A stretch of DNA of 64,000 nt from an uncultured Gammaproteobacteria bacterium. Its GTDB lineage: Bacteria; Patescibacteriota; Microgenomatia; Levybacterales; GWA1-39-11. The notes beneath the pieces are model-generated. The model had not been told where the DNA came from. It saw only the letters and a list, made by a program, of their open reading frames with translations, and searched no databases. The stretch covers positions 459,060-523,059 of the forward strand of contig CAYRKM010000001.1 in the NCBI GenBank assembly GCA_964425075.1, read 5' to 3'. Below are positions 1 through 9,780 of the stretch, one piece after another; position 1 is the first letter of the stretch; the number at the start of each line of letters is the position of its first letter. A program made the translations under genes and the position numbers.

Positions 1-255
1 CATTAGGAATTTGTATGGATGGAGAGGGAGATGGGGATGGTGTAATTGAGATTTGCGTCATATTTTTATTTAAAATAATTTGAGTTGGAGTTGGGGTTAT
101 TGTGCCAAGTGCCTCCAAGGGATCATTTTTTTCACTTCTAGTGAAAAGTATAACAAAGACTGATGTGATAAGGAGAATGCCAATAATAACGAAAGGGACC
201 TTGGACATAGAGTTTAAAATACACCAAAAATAAGGATTGGTCAAGTAAATCTAAA

Positions 256-990
256 TTGAAAATAAATTATTTATTTTGTATTATGAATTTAATGGATGAA
301 GTTGATACAGGAACATTTGGTCGGGATTCTGCGGATGGGGTCGAACACCAAGGTCAAGAGAGAGGAGAAGCGGGAGCTGAAAGTGGAAATGTCTTCGGAA
401 AATTAGTTGAAGCACAACAAGCTCTTAAAGAAGCTAAAAAAGGAGTGCTAGATGGAGTTAATGGAATTACGGGAGACGCTAATGAATTTGCACGATTAAT
501 ACATGATAAACTTCCAGTTAGAAGTGAGATGCCTGGGTTTTATGAGGAAAGAAGTGGAGTTTTGGTTGCACCAAATGGACAGGAAATCAATGTGGGTACC
601 AGAAGGATTCTTGAACGCGATTCCAGACCTGAGTCCCTTACCCCGGAATATGTGACATTTCGAGCGAAGGATGGTATTGGCCGAATAGTTGTTAATACAG
701 GAGAACCTTCGAGGAGAGAAATCGTTTTGTTAGATGGTGATTCGTCAAGATCACCTGTTTTGGCAGAAGTTGGCGTTGAGGAAACAACAATTCGTGGTAG
801 GGTTTCTCGCGAAATTGTGGCTAGTAGTGAAAGTCATTTTGATGGCGATTTATTAGGTTTGGCGAGACAAAAGTTAGAGTATGCTTTGGAGCATGCGGGT
901 GAGCTTAAGTTAAAACCGAAAGATGTTCCTGCTCAAGCTGCAGTTGTCGAAGCTCCTGTTGTTGAGGTTCCGCCTGCTCCTGAACTTTAG
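256..990 (+). CDS. hypothetical protein (member of a local 3-paralog family with 5092..5715 and 9168..9701)
   Basis: 244-aa ORF with moderately elevated GC (~47%). By eye it shares ordered motif blocks (MPG-x-VL-PNG, G-x-R-[IV]-V-x6-L-DG) with the 9168 ORF. No recognisable domain. Confidence 0.45.
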   Translation: MKINYLFCIMNLMDEVDTGTFGRDSADGVEHQGQERGEAGAESGNVFGKLVEAQQALKEAKKGVLDGVNGITGDANEFARLIHDKLPVRSEMPGFYEERSGVLVAPNGQEINVGTRRILERDSRPESLTPEYVTFRAKDGIGRIVVNTGEPSRREIVLLDGDSSRSPVLAEVGVEETTIRGRVSREIVASSESHFDGDLLGLARQKLEYALEHAGELKLKPKDVPAQAAVVEAPVVEVPPAPEL

Positions 991-2084
991 ATTATCATTA
1001 ATTTTTTTGAGGATTTGGTTAATACTTCAATTCCAGTTTCTGTTAATAAAACAGTGTCTTCGATGCGTACTCCGGTAAGTTCTGGCAAATAAACACCTGG
1101 CTCAACAGTCACAACAACACCAGGTGAAAACTCATCTTCGGTGAAGGGTGATAGTCTTGGGCTTTCATGAACTTGAAGTCCCACACCATGACCTAGTCCA
1201 TGGGGAATGTCAGGAAAACCAAATGTTCTTAAATGGCTTGAAGCATTATCTTGTAAAAGATTTGGCTTAAATCCATCTTTCATGTGACCCTTTAATTCCT
1301 CAAGCGCTAACTCCTGCGACTCAAGCGTTGCGGTATAAATTTTTTCAACTTCCTCAGTTGGTTTTTCAAGGAAAACACAACGGGTCATGTCTGAGCAATA
1401 CCCATTAACTTTTGCTCCAAAATCAAGAAGAATAACGTCATTTTTTTTGAGTTTTGTAGTATCGGATAAGTGGTGTGGAACGGCTGCATTTACTCCAAAA
1501 GCAATAATTGATTCAAAGGATAAATCCCCTCCTTTACTTCGGATGAAACTTTCAAGAAGTATCTTCACTTCAAGTTCTGACATTCCTGGTTTGATGTGTT
1601 TTATTATGTAAGAAAAGCCGTTATCCGTGAGATTGCATGCCTTTTTGATATTTTCAATTTCTTCACTGTCTTTTATCATTCGTAAATTTTCAACAAGATC
1701 TGATGAAGGAATAAGTTCTATGCTCTCTAATTTTTCTTCAAGGTCTGCAACTTCTCCGTATGAGATATTTTCCTCCTCAAAGTCCAATTCTTTAATTGAG
1801 TTTTTTTTAAGAATATCAAAAAGAGATTTAAAGAAGGGATTAGAAGCGCTTGTTTCAACAAGGGTTACAAATGGAGCATCTTTTTTTACCATTTCTGTGT
1901 ATCGAGGATCAGTAAAAAGATAAATTTTTTCATTAACGACTAAAACCCATGCTTCTCGTTCTTCAATTGAAAAAGCCCTAATTCCTGTAAGATACGAAAT
2001 GTTATAGGGGGATGTAATAAGAAGGGCGGAAATTGAATCTTTTCGAATGAGGTCGTAAAGACGGGATATTCTAGTTTGAAACAT
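987..2084 (-). CDS. pepP: M24 family Xaa-Pro aminopeptidase / prolidase
   Basis: 365 aa. C-terminal HGLGHGVGLQVHE metal-binding motif and overall creatinase/prolidase layout. Confidence 0.8.
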   Translation of the reverse strand: MFQTRISRLYDLIRKDSISALLITSPYNISYLTGIRAFSIEEREAWVLVVNEKIYLFTDPRYTEMVKKDAPFVTLVETSASNPFFKSLFDILKKNSIKELDFEEENISYGEVADLEEKLESIELIPSSDLVENLRMIKDSEEIENIKKACNLTDNGFSYIIKHIKPGMSELEVKILLESFIRSKGGDLSFESIIAFGVNAAVPHHLSDTTKLKKNDVILLDFGAKVNGYCSDMTRCVFLEKPTEEVEKIYTATLESQELALEELKGHMKDGFKPNLLQDNASSHLRTFGFPDIPHGLGHGVGLQVHESPRLSPFTEDEFSPGVVVTVEPGVYLPELTGVRIEDTVLLTETGIEVLTKSSKKLMII

Positions 2085-2136
2085 TTACTAATTATAGCAT
2101 TCTTGACACAAAAAAAAGATTGGAGTACGATAAATT

Positions 2137-3285
2137 ATGGAAGTACCAAAGTATCCTTTTCCCCTAGCTTTAACATACGACGATATCCTACTTGTGCCAG
2201 GTTATTCTGATTTTCAAAGGCAAGATATAGATCTTACTACCAAAATTTCAAAAAATATAATTCTTGCTATTCCTTTTGTTTCTTCCCCCATGGATACTGT
2301 GACTGAAAGTCGACTTGCCGTTGCTTTGGGTAAGATTGGTGGTATTGGGATAATTCACAGAAATATGACAATTTCTCAGCAAGCAGCAGAAGTAAAAAAA
2401 GTATCTACTCAAAATATTCTGGTGGGGGCAGCAATTGGGGCGGCTGTTGGATACGAGAAAAGAGTTGAGGCGTTAGTTAAAGCAGGGGTAAATGTTGTGG
2501 TTATTGATAGTGCGCATGGGTTTACAGAAAATATAATTGATGCAGTGCGCTATATTAAGAAAACATTTAAAACAATCGATGTAATTGCTGGAAGTATTGC
2601 AACTGGTGAGGCAGCAGAGGCTTTGATAAAGGCGGGAGCCGATGGATTAAGAGTTGGTATGGGTCCTGGTGCAATTTGTACTACTAGAGTAGTTTCGGGG
2701 ATGGGAGTTCCGCAGGTCACTGCTCTTAAAGAAGTTGTGCATGTTGCAAGGCCATTAAAAATTCCTGTGATTGCAGATGGAGGAATAAAATACTCAGGAG
2801 ATATAACAAAGGCATTAGCGCTTGGAGCATCAACAGTTATGATGGGTAACTTTTTTGCGTCGTCAGTTGAATCTCCAGGAAAAGTACTTTTACTAAAAAG
2901 AAATGAAGTACCGGATAGATTTCAAAGTATATTTAACCACAGTCATAAAACGTTTAGGTTTAAAGAATATCGAGGAATGGGAAGTGATGCTGCAATGAAA
3001 AAGGGAGCAAAAGTAAAAGCAGAGGATGAATTTCATGGTAATACATACAGCAAGAGAACTCTTATTGCAGAAGGTGTTGAAGGTTTAGTGCCTATTAAGG
3101 GAACTGTTGAGGAGCTTGTGGCGCAAGCTCTGGGGGGAATAAAATCGGGAATGTTTTATGTTGGGGCCAGAGATATAAAGTCCCTTTGGAAAAAAGCAAA
3201 ATTTATACAAATCACTCAAGCATCACTTCACGAAAGTCACCCACATGGCTTAATAGTCAATAATACGGGAAAGAGCTATGTGTAA
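2137..3285 (+). CDS. guaB: IMP dehydrogenase, CBS-domain-less form
   Basis: 382 aa. Has the IDSAHG block, the catalytic-Cys loop GMGPGAICTTR and a flap segment (MGSDAAMKKG). The segment where the CBS pair normally sits is missing. Lies immediately upstream of guaA. Confidence 0.8.
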   Translation: MEVPKYPFPLALTYDDILLVPGYSDFQRQDIDLTTKISKNIILAIPFVSSPMDTVTESRLAVALGKIGGIGIIHRNMTISQQAAEVKKVSTQNILVGAAIGAAVGYEKRVEALVKAGVNVVVIDSAHGFTENIIDAVRYIKKTFKTIDVIAGSIATGEAAEALIKAGADGLRVGMGPGAICTTRVVSGMGVPQVTALKEVVHVARPLKIPVIADGGIKYSGDITKALALGASTVMMGNFFASSVESPGKVLLLKRNEVPDRFQSIFNHSHKTFRFKEYRGMGSDAAMKKGAKVKAEDEFHGNTYSKRTLIAEGVEGLVPIKGTVEELVAQALGGIKSGMFYVGARDIKSLWKKAKFIQITQASLHESHPHGLIVNNTGKSYV

Positions 3286-3418
3286 TAGTTCTCAATTTTC
3301 AATTCACCCGCCAAAGGCGAGGCTCGCCAGGGGCGGCAATTCTCAGTTAATTTTCATTTATTCACTGACACAAGGAGAACTTAATGGAAACTGAGAAATG
3401 ATAAATGTAAACTAACTT

Positions 3419-4948
3419 ATGATTGTAATTATAGACTTTGGCTCCCAAACAACACATCTAATCGCAAGAAGGATAAAGGATCTCGGTGTTCCTGTGAATA
3501 TTATTCCTCCTCAAAAAACCCGCTCAGTTTTTCTCCAAGAACCATCAGGAATTATTCTCTCAGGTGGACCGGCCTCTGTATATGAAAATGGAGCACCAAG
3601 TATCGATCCGTCTATTTTTTCATTAGGAATACCGGTTCTTGGAATTTGTTATGGCTTACAACTCATGGCGCAGCTTAATGGAGGAAAAGTGGTTCCGGGG
3701 CGCAAAGAATACGGTCCGGCAACAGTTAGCTTAACAACAAAATCAGACGGCGTGATGTTTGCAAAAAATCTACCTAGCTCTTTTACAGTTTGGATGAGTC
3801 ATGGGGATGAAATAGTAAAAATGCCGATAGGCATGAAAACGCTTGGTAAAACTCCTCATATGAAGTTTGCAATGGTGGGGGATGTGAAGCGAAAAATGTA
3901 TGGACTGCAATTTCACCCGGAGGTAGAACACACTGAATTTGGGATAGAAATTCTAAGAAATTTTTTGGCAGTTTGCAATATAAAAACAGGTTCCCAAACC
4001 ATTTCTCCTTCTCTTCTTGTAAAAAACATTCAAGAAATTGTTGGAGAAAATTATGTAATCGGCGCGGTTTCTGGAGGAGTTGATTCAACTGTTGCTGCTG
4101 TTCTTACCGCAAAGGCAATAGGAGAAAGATTTTTCCCAATTTATGTAGACAACGGACTCATGCGGCCAGACGCTAGGGAGCATGTAGAGAAAATATTTGA
4201 GCATATTGGAATAAAACCAGTGATTGCTGAGGTAAAAGGTGAATTATTGGTTTATCTAAAAGGAGTAACTGATAGTGAGGAAAAAAGAAAAATTATTGGA
4301 AGGCATTATATTCAAGTTTTTGAAAGAGAAATGGAAAAGCTTGAAAAGCGTGGAATTCATCCGCAATTTCTAATGCAAGGGACAATTTATAGTGATGTAA
4401 TTGAGAGTAAAGGGACTAAGCATTCAGCCAATATAAAGTCACACCACAACGTAGGAGGTCTTCCAAAACACATGAAATTGAAATTACTTGAGCCAGTTAG
4501 AGAATTTTATAAAGACGAAGTACGTTCCCTTGGGGAAAAACTTGAGCTTCCAAAATCGTTTGTCCAGAAACAACCTTTTCCCGGACCTGGGTATGCTATA
4601 CGAATAAGAGGCGAAGTTACTCCAAAAAGGCTTGCTATGGAAGAACAGGCGGATACAATTGTCATGGAAGAACTTAAAAAAGCAAAGTTATTGGACAAAA
4701 TATTTATTTCATTTCCGGTGTTAACAGATAGCTATTCGACTGCGGTAAAGGGGGATGGGAGAAGTTTTTCAGAAGTTGTGGCATTAAGAATAGTAGAGTC
4801 AAAAGATGTTATGACTTCTACCTGGGCAAAATTACCGTATGAAGTGTTACAGAGAATGTCGTCTAGAATTGTTAACGAAGTGCCACATGTTTCCCGCGTT
4901 GTGTATGACATTTCCACCAAACCCCCAGCAACGATGGAGTGGGAGTGA
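3419..4948 (+). CDS. guaA: GMP synthase (glutamine-hydrolysing)
   Basis: 509 aa. N-terminal class-I glutamine amidotransferase domain (GICYG), PP-loop SGGVDSTV and a C-terminal GMP synthase dimerisation domain. Confidence 0.92.
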   Translation: MIVIIDFGSQTTHLIARRIKDLGVPVNIIPPQKTRSVFLQEPSGIILSGGPASVYENGAPSIDPSIFSLGIPVLGICYGLQLMAQLNGGKVVPGRKEYGPATVSLTTKSDGVMFAKNLPSSFTVWMSHGDEIVKMPIGMKTLGKTPHMKFAMVGDVKRKMYGLQFHPEVEHTEFGIEILRNFLAVCNIKTGSQTISPSLLVKNIQEIVGENYVIGAVSGGVDSTVAAVLTAKAIGERFFPIYVDNGLMRPDAREHVEKIFEHIGIKPVIAEVKGELLVYLKGVTDSEEKRKIIGRHYIQVFEREMEKLEKRGIHPQFLMQGTIYSDVIESKGTKHSANIKSHHNVGGLPKHMKLKLLEPVREFYKDEVRSLGEKLELPKSFVQKQPFPGPGYAIRIRGEVTPKRLAMEEQADTIVMEELKKAKLLDKIFISFPVLTDSYSTAVKGDGRSFSEVVALRIVESKDVMTSTWAKLPYEVLQRMSSRIVNEVPHVSRVVYDISTKPPATMEWE

Positions 4949-4975
4949 TTAGCCTCAAATCTTTATCCTTTGAGC

Positions 4976-5004
4976 TTGACTTTCAAGCTCTTTTATCCTA
5001 TAAT
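4976..5004 (+). promoter_or_regulatory. sigma70-like promoter (TTGACT-17 bp-TATAAT) upstream of the high-GC ORF
   Basis: Consensus -35 TTGACT at 4976..4981, exactly 17-nt spacer, consensus -10 TATAAT at 4999..5004. A GGAGGAGG Shine-Dalgarno and GTG start follow at 5092. Confidence 0.5.
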
Positions 5005-5091
5005 ATGCTTAATTTTCTTGGTGAAGCACAGTTGATACTGTGGGGAGCCAAGGCAAGATTAGCACATTGAGTCTGCGGAGGAGGTCTAGCA

Positions 5092-5715
5092 GTGTCAGAC
5101 ATTTCTGAGTACCGAGTCGTTACTCGGGCGGACGTTGCTGCTGCGCTTCGTGAGAAGTTCGGCACCGACAAGGTGGCCTGGTCTATCGAGCCAGGTTCGG
5201 ATGAAGAGGTAAGCCCAGGGACATGGATTGAGGTATTCGTAGCTGATCCACAAGACGGAGACACACTCATTGGTCGAGGGGACAAACGTTTCTTCGATGC
5301 TCGAGTGCGCCGCCGCCCTGAAGGGTATAACCAGTTGGTTCTTTTCGAGGAGCCACAAATCCCCTTCCCTGAGGATGGGCGACCTAGGGTCGTCGGCTAC
5401 ATCCGAGTCTATGTGAATTTCCACGGTTTCGTGAGAACCCGTCAGGAAAACACACTGATCGGCCAGATGCTGATGATCCATCCGAGCTCGGTCTCAAAGG
5501 CCGAGCCCATTCAGGAAGGGGCGAACCTTATCGCCACCATCTACGTCTACACTAATCCACAACGCCTTGAGGGCGCAGTGGAAGTGGACATTCTTCAAAT
5601 GGAATTCCCAGATGAAGATCCGGACGTGATGAAGGTGAGGGAGCTCGTCGTTCTGGGCGCCGATGGGCGGTCGTTGTCCGTGGCCGCGAAACTCATGGCA
5701 TTCACCAACGCCTAG
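5092..5715 (+). CDS. hypothetical protein encoded in a ~60% GC island (GTG start)
   Basis: 207-aa ORF with GTG start and strong SD. Local GC is about 60% against about 35-40% background, and long antisense ORFs (typical of high GC) are present. Shares motif blocks with the 9168 ORF (A-x-R-x5-GY-x3-L-x-L; G-x-RVV-x2-I-x-Y-x-NF). Confidence 0.5.
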   Translation: MSDISEYRVVTRADVAAALREKFGTDKVAWSIEPGSDEEVSPGTWIEVFVADPQDGDTLIGRGDKRFFDARVRRRPEGYNQLVLFEEPQIPFPEDGRPRVVGYIRVYVNFHGFVRTRQENTLIGQMLMIHPSSVSKAEPIQEGANLIATIYVYTNPQRLEGAVEVDILQMEFPDEDPDVMKVRELVVLGADGRSLSVAAKLMAFTNA

Positions 5716-5778
5716 CCAACCCAGCAGACTTTGGGCGTCTCTGAGCTTTACCGCTCAGGGGCGCCCTCCATTCAATAC

Positions 5779-5807
5779 TTTTCTTTTTACCCTCATTTTG
5801 GTATAAT
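5779..5807 (+). promoter_or_regulatory. putative extended -10 promoter for fusA
   Basis: TGGTATAAT extended -10 at 5799..5807 with a weak -35 (TTTTCT) 17 nt upstream. About 40 nt upstream of the fusA start. Confidence 0.4.
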
Positions 5808-5847
5808 CTTTTGGACCCTTAAAGCGGGTCGTTTTTTTGACTAAAAT

Positions 5848-7977
5848 ATGGCTGGAACATCACCTCAAACAACACTTACAAAAGACAGAAATGTCGCTTT
5901 GGACAAAATCCGCAATTTTGGGATTATTGCTCACATTGATGCGGGTAAAACCACTACTTCTGAGCGCATTCTTTATTACACAGGAAGAACTTATAAAATT
6001 GGAGAAGTTCATGAAGGAGCTGCAACTATGGACTGGATGGACCAGGAGCGTGAGCGTGGTATCACGATCGTTTCAGCTGCTACTACAACTTTCTGGAAAG
6101 ATTATAGATTTAATCTTATTGATACTCCCGGACACGTTGATTTTACCGCTGAAGTTGAGCGTTCTCTTCGTGTTTTGGATGGTGCTATAACTGTTCTTGA
6201 CGCTGAAGAAGGAGTACAAAGTCAGTCCGAAACTGTTTGGCGCCAGGCTGATAAATACAATGTTCCAAGAATTTGTTTTATTAACAAAATGGACAAACTT
6301 GGAGCAGACTACGAGAAGACCATAAAGTCTGTTATAGAAAGACTTGGTACTAATCCAGTAACAATTGGTCTTCCAATTGGAGCTGAAAATGATTTTAAGG
6401 GAATTTATCACGTATTAGATCAAAAGTCCTACATTTGGTCGGGTGAGGAACTTGGAGCAAAGTTTGAGGTAACAGACGAGGTTCCAGATGGAATGACTGA
6501 AATGGTCAAGAAATACCGCGAGCAGCTTATCGAAAAAATTGCAGAAACAGATGACGTCCTTTTGGAAAAATATCTCAATGGGGAAGAAATTGGATATGAT
6601 GAGTTAAAAGCTGCACTTAGAGCTGCAACAATTGCGTATAAAGTAGTACCAGTTTTTGCAGGAACTTCTTTAAGAAACAAAGGCGTGCAACCATTACTTG
6701 ACGCTGTTATTGATTTCTTGCCCTCTCCTTTTGATCTTAAAACTGTAACAGGAACTAACCCAAAAACCGAACAAGAAGAAACAAGAAATCTTACACCGGA
6801 TGATTCATTTACCGGTTTTGCTTTTAAGGTTCAGGTTGACCCACACGTAGGAAAAATTACATATGTACGTATATACTCTGGAAAAATATCTTCAGGTAGT
6901 TATGCATATAATTCAACAAAAGACATAAAAGAGCGCGTTGGAAGACTTCTTTTGATGCATGCAAATCAAAGGGAAGAAATCAAAGAGGCTTATGCCGGTG
7001 AAATTGTCGCAATTGTAGGATTTAAAGATACTGTTACAGGAGACACGCTATGTGATGAGAGTAAGCCAATCATTCTTCAAAAAATTACATTCAGAGACCC
7101 CGTTATTTCTCTTGCGATTGAGCCAAAGACAAAAAGTGACCAAGAAAAATTGGGAGCTGCTATGAAGAGACTCATGGAAGAAGATCCTACTTTTACAGTC
7201 AAAATGAACCATGAGACTGGACAGACAATTATGTCAGGAGTTGGAGAACTTCAGCTTGAGATTATGGTTGAGAGAATGAAAAGAGAAATGGGAGTTGAGG
7301 CAAATGTTGGAGCGCCTCAGGTTGCATATAAAGAAACAATTAAAGGTAAATCAAATGCTGAATTTAAGTACATCAAACAAACCGGAGGACGTGGTCAATA
7401 CGGTCATGTTCTGATTAATATCGAACCAAAAGGCCGTGGTGAAGGATTTGAATTCGTCAATTCCATTAAGGGTGGAGCAATTCCTGCAGAATTTATCCCA
7501 CCTGTTGAAAAAGGTATAAAAGAGGCTATGGAGCGGGGAGTTGCATTCGGATACCCTGTAGTTGATGTAAGAGTTGAGCTATATGATGGAACTTATCATG
7601 ACGTTGACTCTTCTGAAATTGCATTTAAAATTGCAGGATCCCAGGCTTTTCAAAAGGCGGCCAGAACTGCTCAGGTTACCCTTCTAGAGCCTATTATGAA
7701 GGTAGAGGTAACTACACCTGACGAATTTATGGGAGACGTTATAGGTGACCTGTCAGCAAAAAGAGCTCAAATTTCAGGCAGTGAAGAAAGAGGAAACTCA
7801 AGGATCATATTAGCCCTTGTGCCTCTTGCAGAACTATCAGGCTACATTACTACTTTAAGGTCTTTGACTCAAGGACGTGCCAACGCATACATGGAACCTT
7901 CTCATTATGAAGAGGTGCCTGTACAAATCCAAGAGCAGATTAAGGCAAAATCTAACTTCGTACCCAAAGAAGAATAA
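5848..7977 (+). CDS. fusA: translation elongation factor G
   Basis: 709 aa. G1 motif [18 protein letters not shown], and the full EF-G domain layout through domain V. Confidence 0.93.
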   Translation: MAGTSPQTTLTKDRNVALDKIRNFGIIAHIDAGKTTTSERILYYTGRTYKIGEVHEGAATMDWMDQERERGITIVSAATTTFWKDYRFNLIDTPGHVDFTAEVERSLRVLDGAITVLDAEEGVQSQSETVWRQADKYNVPRICFINKMDKLGADYEKTIKSVIERLGTNPVTIGLPIGAENDFKGIYHVLDQKSYIWSGEELGAKFEVTDEVPDGMTEMVKKYREQLIEKIAETDDVLLEKYLNGEEIGYDELKAALRAATIAYKVVPVFAGTSLRNKGVQPLLDAVIDFLPSPFDLKTVTGTNPKTEQEETRNLTPDDSFTGFAFKVQVDPHVGKITYVRIYSGKISSGSYAYNSTKDIKERVGRLLLMHANQREEIKEAYAGEIVAIVGFKDTVTGDTLCDESKPIILQKITFRDPVISLAIEPKTKSDQEKLGAAMKRLMEEDPTFTVKMNHETGQTIMSGVGELQLEIMVERMKREMGVEANVGAPQVAYKETIKGKSNAEFKYIKQTGGRGQYGHVLINIEPKGRGEGFEFVNSIKGGAIPAEFIPPVEKGIKEAMERGVAFGYPVVDVRVELYDGTYHDVDSSEIAFKIAGSQAFQKAARTAQVTLLEPIMKVEVTTPDEFMGDVIGDLSAKRAQISGSEERGNSRIILALVPLAELSGYITTLRSLTQGRANAYMEPSHYEEVPVQIQEQIKAKSNFVPKEE

Positions 7978-8059
7978 CGATTTGTACTTTTGGGTCGCCA
8001 AAAGTAAGTACGCAAAGCTCGCGACCGTTGGTCTAAAAAGCTCGCACCTGTATGCGCTT

Positions 8060-8185
8060 CATGCATTCCAAACAAAACTCATTCACTGAAAGATCCGGCA
8101 GTTCACTTCGTTCGCCTTTACATCTTTCCGGGCGTTCACTCGTTTCGCTTGTCATGCTCTCATCGCATAACGGTGCAGAAAAATT
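8060..8185. repeat. intergenic repeat family A, copy 1 (TTCACT/TTCGTT-rich ~110-130 bp element)
   Basis: ...cattcactgaaagatccggcagttcacttcgttcgcc...gcgttcactcgtttcgcttgtcatgctctcatcgcataacggtgcag. Closely matches the 27470..27630 copy and more loosely the 37435..37590 copy. Confidence 0.5.
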
Positions 8186-8232
8186 AGAACGAAAAACTAA
8201 AATAAGTAAAGCTTTTCTGTTAAAATAAGCGC

Positions 8233-9066
8233 ATGGCAAATAGTTTTCCCCCAGATACCTCTAAGTTCAAACTTATCGTTAGTGATTTTGATGGAACCCT
8301 TGCAGGTCCAGAGCACATTGTTACCCCAAAAGTTGTAGCGGCCGTAAAGCGCTGGATTGATTCGGGTCGACATTTCACTATTGCAACAGGCCGGCAATTT
8401 TTGATGTTGGAGGATGAATGTCAAAAAATGGGGCTTATTGACCCAGTGATTGTCAGAGCAGGTTCAGAAGTTGTGGATCCTACAAATCGTAAAGTTTTAC
8501 ATAGTGAATTAATTGATAAAAATATAGTTAGCCAAGTTTTAGAAATGTTAAATAAAAATGATAAATTTGATTTTAATATTGACGTCGATGACACAATTTA
8601 TACAAATTTTGAATTTAAATATGCATACATATTTCCGAAAATAAAATTTGTTGACATAAGAGAGTTTGAGTTAAAAGATATAGCGAAATTTCACTTAAAA
8701 CCAAAGGATGAGAAAGATAATGGATTAGATGAATTTGTAAAAGAGATAGAGCTAAAGTTTCCTCAGTTGCATGCCATTGCAACCCACAATAAAACTTTTG
8801 GAAAGGGTTGGGATTTAACGTCTACCAGAGCCACAAAGTTATTTGGTATTGTAAAAGTTATGGAGCAGTTAAATATAAAAAGGGAGGAAGTTGTTGGAGT
8901 GGGTGACAGCTACAATGACTTTCCACTTTTAGAAGCCGCAGGATTTAAGGTGGCGATGGGAAATGCTGTTGAAGAAATAAAGGCTGTGGCTGATTTTACA
9001 GTTTCTTCTCACATAGATGATGGCGTCGCTGAATTAATTGATAGATTATTAAAATATAAACAATAA
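8233..9066 (+). CDS. HAD-superfamily hydrolase, Cof-like (HAD-IIB) phosphatase
   Basis: N-terminal DFDGTL, GRQF, and C-terminal GDSYNDFPLLEAAGFKVAMGNA motifs. Confidence 0.75.
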   Translation: MANSFPPDTSKFKLIVSDFDGTLAGPEHIVTPKVVAAVKRWIDSGRHFTIATGRQFLMLEDECQKMGLIDPVIVRAGSEVVDPTNRKVLHSELIDKNIVSQVLEMLNKNDKFDFNIDVDDTIYTNFEFKYAYIFPKIKFVDIREFELKDIAKFHLKPKDEKDNGLDEFVKEIELKFPQLHAIATHNKTFGKGWDLTSTRATKLFGIVKVMEQLNIKREEVVGVGDSYNDFPLLEAAGFKVAMGNAVEEIKAVADFTVSSHIDDGVAELIDRLLKYKQ

Positions 9067-9167
9067 ATTTTATCTGGGCATTCCAAAAAACTCCAGTTAC
9101 TCAGAATAATTGCAGTGCAATATATCCATTTTGCATTTAAATAATTGTAGTGTTATAATTTCGCAAA

Positions 9168-9701
9168 ATGAGTAGGTCTATTGAAATTGAAGGATTACAA
9201 GGCTCAGCTAGCGCAGAAGGAGCATCTGTTCATATGCCCGGAACCGTGTTGGAAACAAATGTTTTACCAAATGGCGTAGTAATTGAGCAGTTGGAGCCTA
9301 AGAGAAGGGTTTATTCAGCGGATAGAGGTATGTTTGTGCCAGCAATTAGATATTATGAAGATTCGGGTTATCTCAGCAGACTTACTCTTGTAAGAAAAGG
9401 AAATCACGGTAGAGTTGTGAGTACAATTCCTTATTTTGATGACCAACTTGCTTATGAGACTGCTATTTTAAGTTTTGACGGGTATGAAACCTCTGCAAAT
9501 GGAGAAAGAGTTGTAAGACGGGGCCAAAATGGAATTACCGTTGTTAACTTGTTCAGTATACTTGATGGTAAAGAAATGTCTGATGAGCATGAAAGTGTTG
9601 TTGGTCGTATTGCTGAGGAGATCGGAAAAAATCCTGAACCAGATAGAAGCTTAAGAACTGCTTTGTTTGATGCTCGCAGAGCGCTTGGTATAAGGCGATA
9701 A
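9168..9701 (+). CDS. hypothetical protein (paralog family with 256..990 and 5092..5715)
   Basis: 177-aa ORF with no known domain. Ordered motif similarity to the other two ORFs, judged by eye. Confidence 0.45.
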   Translation: MSRSIEIEGLQGSASAEGASVHMPGTVLETNVLPNGVVIEQLEPKRRVYSADRGMFVPAIRYYEDSGYLSRLTLVRKGNHGRVVSTIPYFDDQLAYETAILSFDGYETSANGERVVRRGQNGITVVNLFSILDGKEMSDEHESVVGRIAEEIGKNPEPDRSLRTALFDARRALGIRR

Positions 9702-9780
9702 TAAATTTACTACTTTAAGGTGTCTTCTTAATGCATGTTTTTTCCACTTTTAATTATTATTCAAGTATAATTAACTAATT

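Noticed and set aside
3286-3418. Purine riboswitch or attenuator between guaB and guaA
   Set aside because: There is a GC-rich hairpin (ggcgag-gc-tcgcc) and a cacccgcc/ggcggc pairing, but no match to the purine-riboswitch core and no U-tract. Left as an unassigned stem-loop.
6073-6680. Antisense ORFs inside fusA (6073..6411 -, 6429..6680 -) and similar shadow ORFs inside guaA, aclA, rplD, rpoA, map, recA and others
   Set aside because: They are fully embedded in well-supported conserved genes on the opposite strand and have low-complexity S/F/L-rich translations typical of shadow ORFs.
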